DNA of 64,000 nt, from NCBI GenBank assembly GCA_951406725.2, contig OX597820.1:62620001-62684000 (forward strand). Reading direction: 5' to 3'. The notes beneath the pieces are model-generated. The model worked only from the letters and a program-made list of their open reading frames with translations, made no database searches and had not been told where the DNA came from. This stretch comes from Octopus vulgaris (taxonomy: Eukaryota). Shown piece by piece: positions 42,055-54,565 of the stretch. Each line of letters opens with the position of its first letter. Positions within the stretch are counted from its first letter, which is position 1. The translations under genes were made by a program, and so were the position numbers.

Positions 42055-42397
42055 GTGTGTATCAAAATAAGCAACAGGATATCCAGAGGTAATGCAGTAA
42101 GATCGATTCAAGCGATTTCGTTTAATGGAACAATGCAACCATTAAATCAATTTAAATGCAGTGGAATCCTCTGTATGTGTGTGTGTGTGTGTGTGTGTGA
42201 GTGCATCATTCTCAGCTTTTTCTGATTGATGTTATAAGATGACGAAAGGGAAATCGATTCTCCTGAATGATTAACGTGACAGGTTTTTGCCAGATATCTT
42301 TTCGCACCCACACACAGATACAAACATGCACATACACATACAGGGTTCCTAGGAGGCCCAGGTTCAATTCCCGACATTCGAACACAATTACAGACTT

Positions 42398-42565
42398 AGG
42401 CATGGCTGCGTGGTTAAGAAGGTCGCTTTCTTAGCAGTCACTTTGTTTCTGGTTCTTTCCCACTCCGTGGCACTCTAATTAAGCACCTTGTAATATAGCC
42501 CCGGGTCGACCAGTGTCGTGTGAATGTATTTGATTGTGAGTAACTGTGGGTCAGCTTATCGTGTA
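42398..42565 (+). mobile_element. SINE family 1 head, diverged
   Basis: GGCATGGCTGCGTGGTTAAGAAG...ATAGCCCCGGGTCGACCA. Confidence 0.55.
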
Positions 42566-43293
42566 AATGGATTGGGTTAATCTTATTTACTCATCCTGTA
42601 TGAATGAGAAAATGCGATTAAGACAATCCATGTTAACAACATCCGGATTATCCAGTCGGATCATTCCGTTAGATAGAAAAGTGTGAGCAGATATCCATCC
42701 AGATCCCATTTCTTACCTAAGATCACATTGCAGTCACCCTCTAAGACTAATGAATGGGATGTACCCTCACCTCGATGTGCTTGGCTTAACTCAGCAACCC
42801 TTCCACTTTAAATAAAACATGACAACTAAAAGATGCTAACATCTCATAATCGATTATTTGAATTACGGTTGACTGAGTGTGAGAACCTATAGAGCTGCAT
42901 TCATAAGCCTTGCTATTGTTCCAACGAGAAGACAAAGTTACAATCACATACACCGCATACAAAGATACAACGGGATTCCACACAATCTCCGTCTACTGAA
43001 TTCACTGACGAAGTATTTAAAGGCTTGCTACAATAGTGGAAGACAAATGTGGGATTAAATCCAGTTGTTGAGATATCAACAATAAAACCAATGGACGCAA
43101 ACGTGTGTTATTATAGACTCGAATATTTGTTATGAAATTGTTATCGTTCTATAATGACACAATGTCTGTTGAGAAATTGGGGTTGGATTACCGTTTTCGC
43201 AACAGAAGGAAAGTGGTTCTCCTGGCCAGTCCTTTGAATGTGTGTATATGTATATGTATATATATATATACATATACATAGATACATACATAC

Positions 43294-43375
<82 letters not shown>

Positions 43376-43377
<2 letters not shown>

Positions 43378-43482
43378 AAGCGCAATGGCCCAGTGGCTAG
43401 GTAAGTCGTAGGATCGCGGTTTCGATTCCCAGACCAGGCATTGTGAGTGTTTATTGAGTGAAGACACCTAACGCTCCACGAG
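43376..43482 (+). mobile_element. SINE family 3 head
   Basis: TGGCCCAGTGG (A box) and GGTTTCGATTCCC (B box). Matches 2510-2630 in reverse. Confidence 0.75.
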
Positions 43483-43776
43483 AAAGAAGAGTGCCATTGT
43501 CATCAAGTGATGACAATGGCACGTTTCTTTTTGCTTCTATATCTTGAGGAATTACCCCAATCCTATAAATATTAGCCAAAATGAAGTAGATGGACATTTT
43601 ATTTCTTGAACCTGTGGATGTCACACGAGATGTCGAAATATCGTTCACTTGATAACAATGGGACACTTCCTCTCCCCCCAGGCTTTCAGTCATACTATAA
43701 CGTCTCTTATCCTTCACTCACCCTAGGATGCTGGGTGTGCCTCGACAAGTGATCGTAACAAACAAGCAGATTAAAA

Positions 43777-43921
<145 letters not shown>

Positions 43922-43950
43922 TAATAATAATAATAATGATAATAATAATA

Positions 43951-44497
43951 ATGCAGTACCAGGCAGTGGCTCTCATGGCTTCTGATCTTAACTGATTGGC
44001 AGGTTTATCATGTACATTGTTTTGTCTTGGTATAAAAGATGGGCTACAGCAAATATTCTGCTCAATACCACAGATTTGCTTGTCAGTTGTTTGACCTTAA
44101 CCAGTTGAGCATGTCCCTTAGTGGCTGACGATATGTGCATCACTGATCACGAGCAGAAGTAGTGGGGGAGCATCATAGCCATGTGTTGAGAGGGATTCTT
44201 TGGGGTTTGAATAATTCACCTCTGGAAACATGGGTGGTTCTTTGAACATCCTTAAACAACCCTTATTCAGGGACCTTTTGAGCAGGATGGGCTACTCAAC
44301 CTGAAGTAAATTCTTACAGGCCCCACCTGCAAGGTCATGTGCTGTTTATCTTGATATGAGATCACCATGTCGCGCACATATGGTTGTGATGCATGTGCCT
44401 GGTGTACCCGTATCAGACGGGTAGTCATGATGGGTATATTGGGCTTCGTATATTTTACCCCAGTTTCACTTTGATGGCATACACTGCTCTCTCACTC
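43951..44497 (+). mobile_element. ~555-nt (TAA)n-associated element, copy 4
   Basis: Near-identical to copies 2 and 3. (AAT)n lies on both sides. Confidence 0.9.
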
Positions 44498-44563
<66 letters not shown>

Positions 44564-44567
44564 CATA

Positions 44568-44624
<57 letters not shown>

Positions 44625-44644
44625 GTAATAATAATAATAATAAT

Positions 44645-45115
44645 CCTGCTATCATGTAAAACTGCATGGGTTGTGGAGACTTGACGTAGGATATAATGAG
44701 GTTTCATTTTAGCATAATTACACTCAGGTCATACTTGGTCAAGTTGTAGCACCTGTAAGTCCACTCAGAGATCATTGAATATCAGGTTGATGTCTGGCAG
44801 GATTTAGGTCTGTTCCATGAGGTAGGATTGCTGCTTTAGCCTTGATCGTCACCCCCTCTAGAGATGGTGTTTCAATAAAGATACCGGTGGTTGTGTCACC
44901 TCATCACTGCAGAGCGAAAATGTCAAATACAAATGCTTTGAACAACGGTGTCAATGAGATTGGAAGCGTTAATGTTGAAGACTCGCCTGGCAGTGTAAGC
45001 CCGGTCGTCATCTAGAAACTGCAGTACGGAGGAAAGACGGAATGCAACTGTGGTGGAATGTTACATCCGAAGTGAAAGCAGTGACATGGAGGTTCAACGG
45101 CCGCAGGAGCACCAG
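44645..45115 (+). mobile_element. Probable 5' end (UTR plus N-terminus) of an R4/Dong-like element
   Basis: Starts right after (AAT)n. MSNTNALNN... followed by NATVVECYIRSE resembles the Myb-like N-terminal N..VMECY..S motif of R4/Dong ORFs. Confidence 0.5.
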
Positions 45116-45289
45116 TAGCAGCAACAACAACAATAACAAATATCAACAGCAACAAAAACAACAGTGCTGGTTTCAAATTTTAGCACAAGGCCAGCAGTTT
45201 CATGGGGAGATGGAAAATGTTTGCGTGTGAGAGGAAGGATGTTTAGAAGAGAAAACGCAAAAGGAATAATGTACTTAATTTAGAATAGA

Positions 45290-45610
45290 AGAAAATCTCG
45301 TTGCTGTCATTCGTGCTGACGACTGTCATTATATCTTTCGGTGAGTAATTCTTACAAACACGGCTGACTTTGTTGTAAGTGAAAAATTGCGATTGGCTCC
45401 TGAGAGACAGCGCGGTACAGTCGAGTAGATTTCGTGTTGAGAAGAATTGTTCTGTTGGAGATGTCTGAAGGTAAGCATATGTATAACCAGAACCCAAAGA
45501 TTTGTAATAAGCCTCCTGATCTGAGGTAACAACCAGAAATGTTTTAATGGTTAGCAGCAGCACTGTTGTCACAGCTGCATGAAATCGACATTCTTAGCTC
45601 TATGATCGCC
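45290..45610 (-). pseudogene. Disrupted exon of a secreted PAN/apple-domain-like protein
   Basis: Has a polypyrimidine acceptor TTTTCCCATCTGTCTCACTCAG. ATG at 45580 is out of frame by 1 nt with a hydrophobic leader (TTVLLLTIKTFLVVTS). This is followed by ...TRNLLDCTALSLRSQSQFFTYNKVSRVCKNYS, a PAN-like C...F.Y.....C pattern with the second Cys missing. No GT donor is present at the apparent end. Confidence 0.6.
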
Positions 45611-47068
45611 TGAGTGAGACAGATGGGAAAAGAAATGGAATAAAAAATAGAGTTGGAGGGAGAGAGAGAGAGAGAGAGCGACTCGGGGAAGAGACAGAAG
45701 GAAATTTAATATACGAAGATAGAATGAGTACCATTGAGGATGGGAAAATGTTAGAGATTAACAAGGAGAAATTCTGAAAAAGAGAGAGATACAATGAGGA
45801 GATGGAAAATGTTTGCGTGTGAGAGGAAGGATGTTTAGAAGAGAAAACGCAAAAGGAATAATGTATAATTTAGAATAGAAAAATTAAAATAGATTAGGGC
45901 TATTAGTAAATATGTAGGTTCTGGGTATGATTTTTAAACTGCTTCCAGTAGTGGACCCTAGTTGGGTATTTCCAGGACTTTTACGAATTTGGAATCACTT
46001 CTTATCCAGTGTTGTTCTAATGTCTTCATTAACCCGGAGTAGAAATACTCGTTGGGATCCCACGTATGGGTTAATTAGTAAGTGTTCTACGACACCTTTG
46101 ATGTGCCAACACTGCATGAAATCGAACTTAAGCGTAGCATCACAAGAAAGAGGAAACAAACAGAGCGGTTGGAATAGTGCCTAAAGGGAAGGAATATCAA
46201 ATTTCCCTAGGAGGAAAATATCAAAACGGGAGGTGTGATGAAAGAAAAATAAATAAATATAAATAATAATATTAACTTCCAACGGAAGTCAATCTCAAAT
46301 GGAGAGATGTTGTGGCGAGAGTCATTGACATCTCTGGGGAATTGGAATAATGGACTAGCCGAACTCTTGCAAAGAGCAGCGTATTGGTTGAGATGTAAGG
46401 AGTTGGTAGATGTCGTTGAGAAAGCGATTTGGAATCTCGCGAAGTACGCCGTGTGACCACATTGATTTTCCCTCCGCTTCGTTAAATATAACATCTAGTA
46501 ACAGTAATGAGAAATTTAGTAACAGTAATGAAAAATAACATTTAGTAGTAGTAATGAGAAATTATTAATAATAGAAATATATCCAGTGATAATCTGGTGT
46601 GGTTTCGCCTAGGAAAGAAAATTTTTAAAAGAATTTTTCATCTTATATAAATATATTTTTCACATAAATTTTGATAGAAATCTTTCTATAAAATATAGTT
46701 TCATTGCCTTTCGGCATTTTGAGTTATCCATCGGGCATTTGTAGACAGGGAAAACCTTGAATCTGCTGTTTCCGCATATATACAGACCTTTGCTCAGGTG
46801 TAATTATTTTTGGGAGATGTGCTGTCTATGGATTGTTGCACATTGGCAAAGGGAATTTTTGGTTTTGGCAACTCTAATTATCTTTGCAATTTGGGAATGT
46901 GATGCAGTATATGAGATTCTGTCTCTTAGAGTTCATATTCGCATTGAAGGATCCACTTTTAAATTATATATAAAACCTTTATTGTTGTTATTACACATTC
47001 CACATCTATTGTCTCTAAAATCCTTCACGAAAATTCTAAATTATCTTCTATGCGATTTTTGCAGACGT

Positions 47069-47124
47069 ACTCATATCACGTAATTTCGGACCCTGTGATA
47101 AACATTTTGTCTTCGTCAGTGAGT
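47069..47124 (-). ncRNA. Type I minimal hammerhead ribozyme with intact core
   Basis: The reverse complement is ACTCA-CTGACGA-AGAC-[17 nt]-GTCC-GAAA-TTACGTGA-TA-TGAGT. Stem I is ACTCA/TGAGT, stem III is near-palindromic and the cleavage triplet is AUA. Confidence 0.8.
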
Positions 47125-47180
47125 GTTGCTGCTCAGGGCTAAATACTCGCGTCACAATGTGTGTATAGATCAACCAGTAA

Positions 47181-47238
47181 TACTCACTAATGAAGACTAA
47201 GTGTTTATCACAAGGTCTGAAATAACGTAATATGAGTA
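47181..47238 (+). ncRNA. Hammerhead ribozyme copy with a G5->A core mutation (inverted partner of 47069-47124)
   Basis: TACTCA-CTAATGA-AGAC-[17 nt]-GTCT-GAAA-TAACGTAA-TA-TGAGTA. Confidence 0.7.
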
Positions 47239-47374
47239 CCTCTGCAAAAATCATTTGCGATTTTTCCTCGCTGTTATCTCGAATTCACCAGTGTGTATAA
47301 GTGACTTATTGTGGTTGCTGAGCCATTTGAATCCTATTTCTAGCAATGATGTGTACTATATCGTACCCTGATTT

Positions 47375-47440
<66 letters not shown>

Positions 47441-47755
47441 AATACAAACAAACATATACATATACATGTATCTACATATATGCCTACATTATATGCCTTC
47501 ACACACACACATATATATATATAATGTATGTGTGTGTGTGTGTTTGTGTGTGTATACATATGTATTTGATATAATATAGATTCATTTCTGTACTACAGTT
47601 GGTTGATTTTCCGCTGCACTAGGAAACGCAACCCTTGTGTGTAAAGCAAAAATATATCAGTAATCAATTTGGAAAACAACAACATTAGAAAGCCAAGATT
47701 ATGGTTTTTATCGACCTGTTGTTCACTTTTAAGCCACTTTCAACTGAACGTTTAA

Positions 47756-47974
47756 CCCTTTAGTATTTACACCGGCCATATCCGCCCAAAATATTTAATC
47801 TGTTTTATGTTCAAACTGACCAGATCCAGACCCTCACACCTACCCTACAATGTTATTCTACATTAGGTAATTACACCATCAATATCTTGAAGATATGAGA
47901 TAATGCATGATTAATTCAAATCAATGTGAATCAATAAGCATTATGTTTGATAGAATAATCAGAACACTAAAGGG
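47756..47974. mobile_element. piggyBac-type (TTAA) MITE, 219 bp
   Basis: TTAA-CCCTTTAGT ... ACTAAAGGG-TTAA. Confidence 0.85.
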
Positions 47975-48351
47975 TTAAAAGCTAGTATCTCTGCTGAACG
48001 ATTTGTAATACTGCACTGAATGTAATAGTACGTTGGCACGCGAAAGATGTATGAAGGCAATATAGAGAATTGAAAATGTTAGAGTAAATATTCAGTTCAG
48101 TTAATTGATTTAGTTGAAGCTTACAATATTACAGCTAAGAACTCGCGGGAACTGCTTATATCCTACGTAATATATTGTCTATGTAATCCCCAAAATATTT
48201 TATTCCGTGAGCAGTGTCAAAATAATTTTAAACGTACATAATAGCAAACACCTTTTACTGCAACCTTAACATCAGACTATCATCTTATAAACAAATTAAT
48301 TTTGAAAAAAAACTTCTAATTTACTTGTCTTTTGACAGACATTCTCTAGAT

Positions 48352-48552
48352 CAGTGCTTTTCAAACTTTTTGCTGGAGCGGAACCCCAAGGAAACATTCC
48401 ACTGGCTCGGGGAACCCCTGTGCAATAATTTAATAGTCTTATGCACACATATCTGCACAGGAGAATTAAAAATTACTGCCGATTTTATCAGTTTTGTAAC
48501 TTCTTGCGGAACCCCTGGACTGTACTGGCGGAACCCTGGTTGAAAACCACTG
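48352..48552. mobile_element. hAT-Charlie-type MITE, 201 bp, with a perfect 8-bp TSD
   Basis: TIRs CAGTGCTTTTCAA and TTGAAAACCACTG. The TSD CTCTAGAT is at 48344-48351 and 48553-48560. Confidence 0.92.
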
Positions 48553-48564
48553 CTCTAGATCAAT

Positions 48565-48852
48565 ACCCTGTGAGAAACACTGCATTGCCATAACTTGTCC
48601 TCCATACCATACAGCCTAAGCGTGGGTCATATCCAACATCCTATAATGGAGAGACAGAAGCGAGCAACAGAGAGACAAAAGCAGAAAGGAAGAACATAAA
48701 GACTCAGATAGAACCGAGACAGCTCACGGCTGTGGCTTGTGTAATAGAGACTGCCATTTGCACATAGGACTGTTCCGACATAGACAATACTGTCCCAGTT
48801 GAGCGGACAAATAAGAGCCTCATCCATGGACATACATGATAGAAAGGAGCCA
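48565..48852 (+). mobile_element. RTE LINE 3' end
   Basis: HGCGLCNRDCHLHIGLFRHRQYC is the typical RTE terminal motif, followed by a short UTR. Confidence 0.7.
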
Positions 48853-48861
48853 TGGAATATA

Positions 48862-49030
48862 GGCACAGGCTGTGGGATTAAGAAGCTTGGAATGCAAACA
48901 AGTGGTTTGGTTTTAGTCGTACTGCATGGTACAGTTGGCAAGTGTCTTCTAAAACAGCCGCAGACCGATCATTGCTTTGGAGGGAATTTGCTTTACGGAA
49001 AGTTTGTGGAAGACCGAACTCTGTGTGTGC
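48862..49030 (+). mobile_element. SINE family 1 head, diverged
   Basis: GGCTGTGGGATTAAGAAGCTTG...TTGGCAAGTGTCTTCTA. Confidence 0.6.
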
Positions 49031-52000
49031 AGTTTTTTGTGCATTATAATGAAAACATTTAGTCAATGTATCCTCGCATTTAGAAATGAAACGCATTAAA
49101 AGTATGCAAAGTTCAAGGAAAAGAAAGCTGCAGATATTAATATTGCTTTAAATGTCCAACTGTAATTGAGTTTGTCTTTCGAAAGGCAGGCATTGTTTGC
49201 CATCGACGGTTATATAAACCAAAGCAAGTCAATAACAGACCATTACTAACTGAAAGAATTTGTGTTTACCATTCATTTATCAAATGCGTTTCTATTCGTG
49301 ATCTGAAGAACCATATCTCTTTGCACAATACCAATTGTCACGTTTCTGCACTGCATTTAACTAAGAACGTTTATGTAATAGTTGTTGTAAAAGCTATAAA
49401 TTATCAGCAAATCTAAGAAGACATTTTCGTTTTGCTGCTCATTAAGAAGCAATGATCTTGCTCGTTATTGTGTCAGTTGCCTCACACACACACAACGCAC
49501 AAACACATACATGCATTCGTGCACGTATACATACACATGCAAGCACATACACAAACGTATACTATCACTCACACGTATGTATAATAGTAATATCAGTCGA
49601 ATTAGTTTTCATCTTTATCTTCATCTTAATCTCATTTCCAATCTACCTTATTTTCAATACCTTCATCCTCCGCCACACCTCCTCGTCCATATGTTCCGTA
49701 TTACCATGAATTTTACATTTTCTCTTTCTTCAACTCTTAACATAGCGTTGCCTCTCTTCCTCAAACTCGTTTTCCTTTATTACGTGTCTGTGCATGATGT
49801 GGAACGTGGACTGAAACTTAAAAATACCCAGTTCCTTCAATCATTATATTAGTGAAGTTTATTTTGATTCATTCAGTGGGAACGGTAACTCTAAAGGATA
49901 TTAATGAAACAAATGGTATCCTAGAGTTGTGTTGCTTCTTCATTTCCTCCCCCACCTGTCTCCGAAGCCTTACTAAAAGCGAATGTTTACACCATTAAAA
50001 ATCATTCTTGTTAATGTCAACCTTTTGACTTCACGACTAGCAATACTATTACCCTGTTAACTGAATTTATAGTGTTAATCCTTCAATAGGTTGACGTTTA
50101 AGACGTTTCAATAGACCCACCAAATGCTGCCTGAATCTTCCTTTGAATACGTACGGTGAACCGATTAGGAGAATGTAAGAACACTGAAAGATCATGAAAC
50201 AACAGCCCCAAAGCTTGAAAAGAATTTCCTTTGCAGCCGCTGCACTCGAACATGCCTGCATTATATTAATTTCATCTGCCATCAAGGAACCTGCAGGTAA
50301 CGTGGACAACTCCAATTATATTACTGTGATCACGATGCCAAGTACTGTTGATGCATATTTTTCACGCAATACCAAGCGTAATTCTGTGTAGCTTATGCTC
50401 GCATGTTACGGTTTATATATTTTTTTTTTGTATTTTTCCATTGCATAAAATATACTGAAATACGTGAGTAATAATTTAGTAGCGCTATGATACTTATGTA
50501 GGAACATTATTCGGTGTTGTTTGTTGTTGTAGTTATATTTGTTGTTGTTATCGTAGTTAATATTGTTATTGGCATTTACACGTATATCATTTCTGACCTG
50601 GCAGAATTATTATCAGAGTCATGTCTACTATATTCATACAACCATTTATATATTCAGAACAATATTGACTTAATGTATAATGAAAGAATTTTTGACATGA
50701 ATGCAATGTTACACAATTTCTAAAAGATCGAGTAACTAATAGAGGCATAATCTAATCTGGACCATGTACGACAGACTTAATTCCTCCTTAATTCGTCTCC
50801 ATGTTTAACATTACCATGTGTCCTTTAGGAAATTTCACTTGCGTCCATTCTCTTTCAAGTCTTTGCATAATGTTTCGTTAGAAAAAAAACTATCTCCACA
50901 CTATACGAGTCTTGGATACTTTAAAAGGGTCCTGACCATTTGCATTCTTCCTTAGAGTAAGCACATTAAAAAGTAAAAGAAAATATTGGAAGAGTGGAAT
51001 GTGGTTGATATTTTACAGACAACAAAGTAAATTTCAAACGTTGTAAAGTTGTAAGAACAATCGAAGATTGGGCATTTAACATTATAAGATGAGGGAAAGA
51101 AAAAAAATAGAAAAGGTTTCCAGCAGTAGATACCGGCTCGGAGTTCTAAAATTAAGGTAAACGGCTTCTGATAATAACTGTCCCCGATTTTAATGGTAAC
51201 TTGTTGCTTTTCGAATGTGAGAAGTCAAAGCATGTGCTCACCTAGGTAAGTGATATTTAGTTACTTTTAGAGGTATTTTGGATCTCAACAATTGTAAGCA
51301 ACAAGAACGATTATACTTTTCGTGTTAACAGAAGACGTTTGGGTAAATAAGTAAGGATTCCTCTACGTAACTGCTGGAACAGTTAGAAGTAGGAAACGCG
51401 ACTGAAATCACAAAACACCATCATAAAAAAAATTTGAGAAGGCACTTCAGACTGTGTATTGCTTCATACATTTGTCCGAAGAAAGAAAAGAAATAGATGG
51501 TAACTGGGAATCCATTGTCAATGTATCTAACTAATCAGAGATAATAAAAGCAAGACGTTTTCGTATAGTTAATACATATAAATGAACTTATGAAATAATA
51601 AAAAAAACAACATAGCTCTATGTTTGTGATTTAAACCATTTTGATTAAGTGAAAATATCTCTGCAATTAGAAGATAAATACTTCCTAGGGGTAGGTTTTA
51701 AAGTATCAAAACAACAAGCAAGGGATTGCAATAATACCGGCTTATCCAACTAAAAGATGATATTGTTAGCAGCGGATATTTATTTATACAGCCAGTTGCT
51801 CAAAGTAATGTACGTATTTTGAGAACGTTGGATTTCTCCATCATCGAAGTTTAGTTGACTTGTCACTACATAGTAACAGTAAGTATGTATAGGAATAGGT
51901 GGAAAGTCGTGATACTGATTACTCAGGTTATTTTGTAGCGACATTTTATGCTAAACTTTTCACAAATTGCTTAGCTTAAAAAAAAAATAAATGTTTTCTA

Positions 52001-52276
52001 GGAATTTTGTGGACAAGTATTGATTGAGGATAGGGTATGATTATCTATCTATGTACTGTCAATGTTTTAGAATATCAATTAGCGTAATTAGTGTTCGAAA
52101 CGAAAGCGAATTACAGAATAAAGTCCTACATAAATACATACACACCTATATATGCATATTCGTGAAATAATATGTAAATATATATTTACATATAATTACA
52201 TACATGTATACATCTCTCTCTCTCTCACTCTCTCTCTCTATATATATACATATATATATGTATATATGCATGTATG

Positions 52277-52309
<33 letters not shown>

Positions 52310-52395
52310 GCGTGTGTGTGTGTAAATTACATGTATATATATACATGTATGTATACACACATATATATACACATATATACACAATATATACACAC

Positions 52396-52444
<49 letters not shown>

Positions 52445-52482
52445 CATACGCATATATACATATATATATACACAGACGCACG

Positions 52483-52540
<58 letters not shown>

Positions 52541-53820
52541 CACACATATATATGCAAATCAATGGACACAGAAATAGGATACAAGATTTCAATCAATCTA
52601 CAGTGGTTGTTATGTTTTAGAGTTAACAAGGTTTCTGTTGATTCTTGATTGTCTTATAGTAATGACGATCGTCTCGTTTGCTAATTTTCGTATTCACAGC
52701 CAGTTTGCCACGCTGAAAATTTACAAAAATTGTTCACGTCTAAAATGATTTAACAATTTTACGTTTACATCATTTACGTAGATCTTTGTTTTTTTTTGTT
52801 TGTTTTTCATTGACCCCACTGGCGTCAAAACGGGCTATGAACTATACGTCTGTGTGTTACTAATTTTTCATGGTGTTCTTTTTTTTCCCCCTTCATCTTC
52901 CAAATGTTTATCTGCCAGGATTTGCTACAGGAAGAAAAACGTTGCATATTCGGGATAAACTTTAAGGACACAGCCATATTGGAAATATCGGCAAGGAAAC
53001 TTGTCTAAGATGAGTGCACAATGATGACTCACTCATTCTTATCCATGCGTTACTGGGTTTTGTAGTGATATAAAACAGCTTTTATCACATGTGGAACTGG
53101 TACGGTTACCAGTAGATTCTATAATGAAAATCCAGTTACTGTCTTCTTTTGACAAGGAACAATGGTTATTATTCTTCCGCAGGCATAAGGATGTCATGCG
53201 CTATAGGTAACTGAAATATTTGGGAAGAGGACACTTTTCTCCATCAAACTTCATTAGATATATCAAATGAGACTTGAGCAGAGAGGTGGCGGCAGAGGAA
53301 CTTATTCCCCTTAGTCTACTTTGTGATATACGCAGGTATATTTGGCGTAGCTAAACGGGTCTACTCTAAATATGCATCTATAAATAGCTGGCAAGAATCG
53401 AGGGATGGCACATTTATGTGTCAGAGTAGTGAGAACATTGTGTGATAAGTCGAGAATAATTACTTCTTTTGGGAACATTTTCTTATAAGCATCTTGGCCT
53501 CGTACGTTTTGGCTCGATTTAACAGAAATTGTTTTATAGATTTTACTGTCTTTTTTTTTTACTTTTCCCAAAATTTTGCGCCTTACGTATTGTAAAGGAA
53601 GTCATTAGCAATATCCAAATAATTATTGAATCGAACAATTAAAGCTTCGTTGTATTTGCAGTTACTTGACATTCCAGAGATATCTGCGAAATCCCCTTCA
53701 GTTGATCTTCTACCGTCTCAAAGTGTCAAATATTGTACATATTCGATAATGTAGGTCTAAATATTCTATGCAATCAAGCACGATATATGTATGTATGTAG
53801 ATAGGTAGATAGGTGTGTGC

Positions 53821-53859
<39 letters not shown>

Positions 53860-53994
53860 CATACACATATAATTATAGTGATTACAAATAAATGTCCAAC
53901 AGCATTCCTTATTGACTCCAACTTATTCAGTTATCCTCTTACACACTTCGGAAGCCCCCGTAAAAATATATGTTCTGAACACAATAACCTCTCT

Positions 53995-54059
<65 letters not shown>

Positions 54060-54484
54060 CCCTTGTTTATATATATATATATGCGTGTGTTTGTGTGTGT
54101 GTGTCTGTGTGTGTGTGAGTGTGTGTGTATGGTGTGTATGAAGTGAAAGCCTTAAGGCAGGAACATAAATGGACATAAGAGGTATTTGCGGTCGGTAGTC
54201 AGGCCAAGAAAGAAAGTTGATGGCTGGCTGGACACCGGTCACGTGGAATGAAGAGAGAGGGATAGGGGGCAGCAGGATTAAAAAAAGTCGAAGAGACAGA
54301 GGGAAAGATATAGCGGAGATATACGAGGAGGAATAAGTGGGAATTAAAGAAAGACAAGGCCAAAGAAAGTTGCCGATTCTACGAACAGCATTACTCTATT
54401 ATCTTACTGAAATATATGAGTGTATATAGAGGAGTATATATATGTGTGTGTGTGCTTATATACATACATGTATGTATATGTCTG

Positions 54485-54565
<81 letters not shown>

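Noticed and set aside
46270-46460. ~60-codon plus-strand open frame (LAELLQRAAYWLRCKELV...)
   Set aside because: No recognisable homology or splice context, and the length is compatible with chance.
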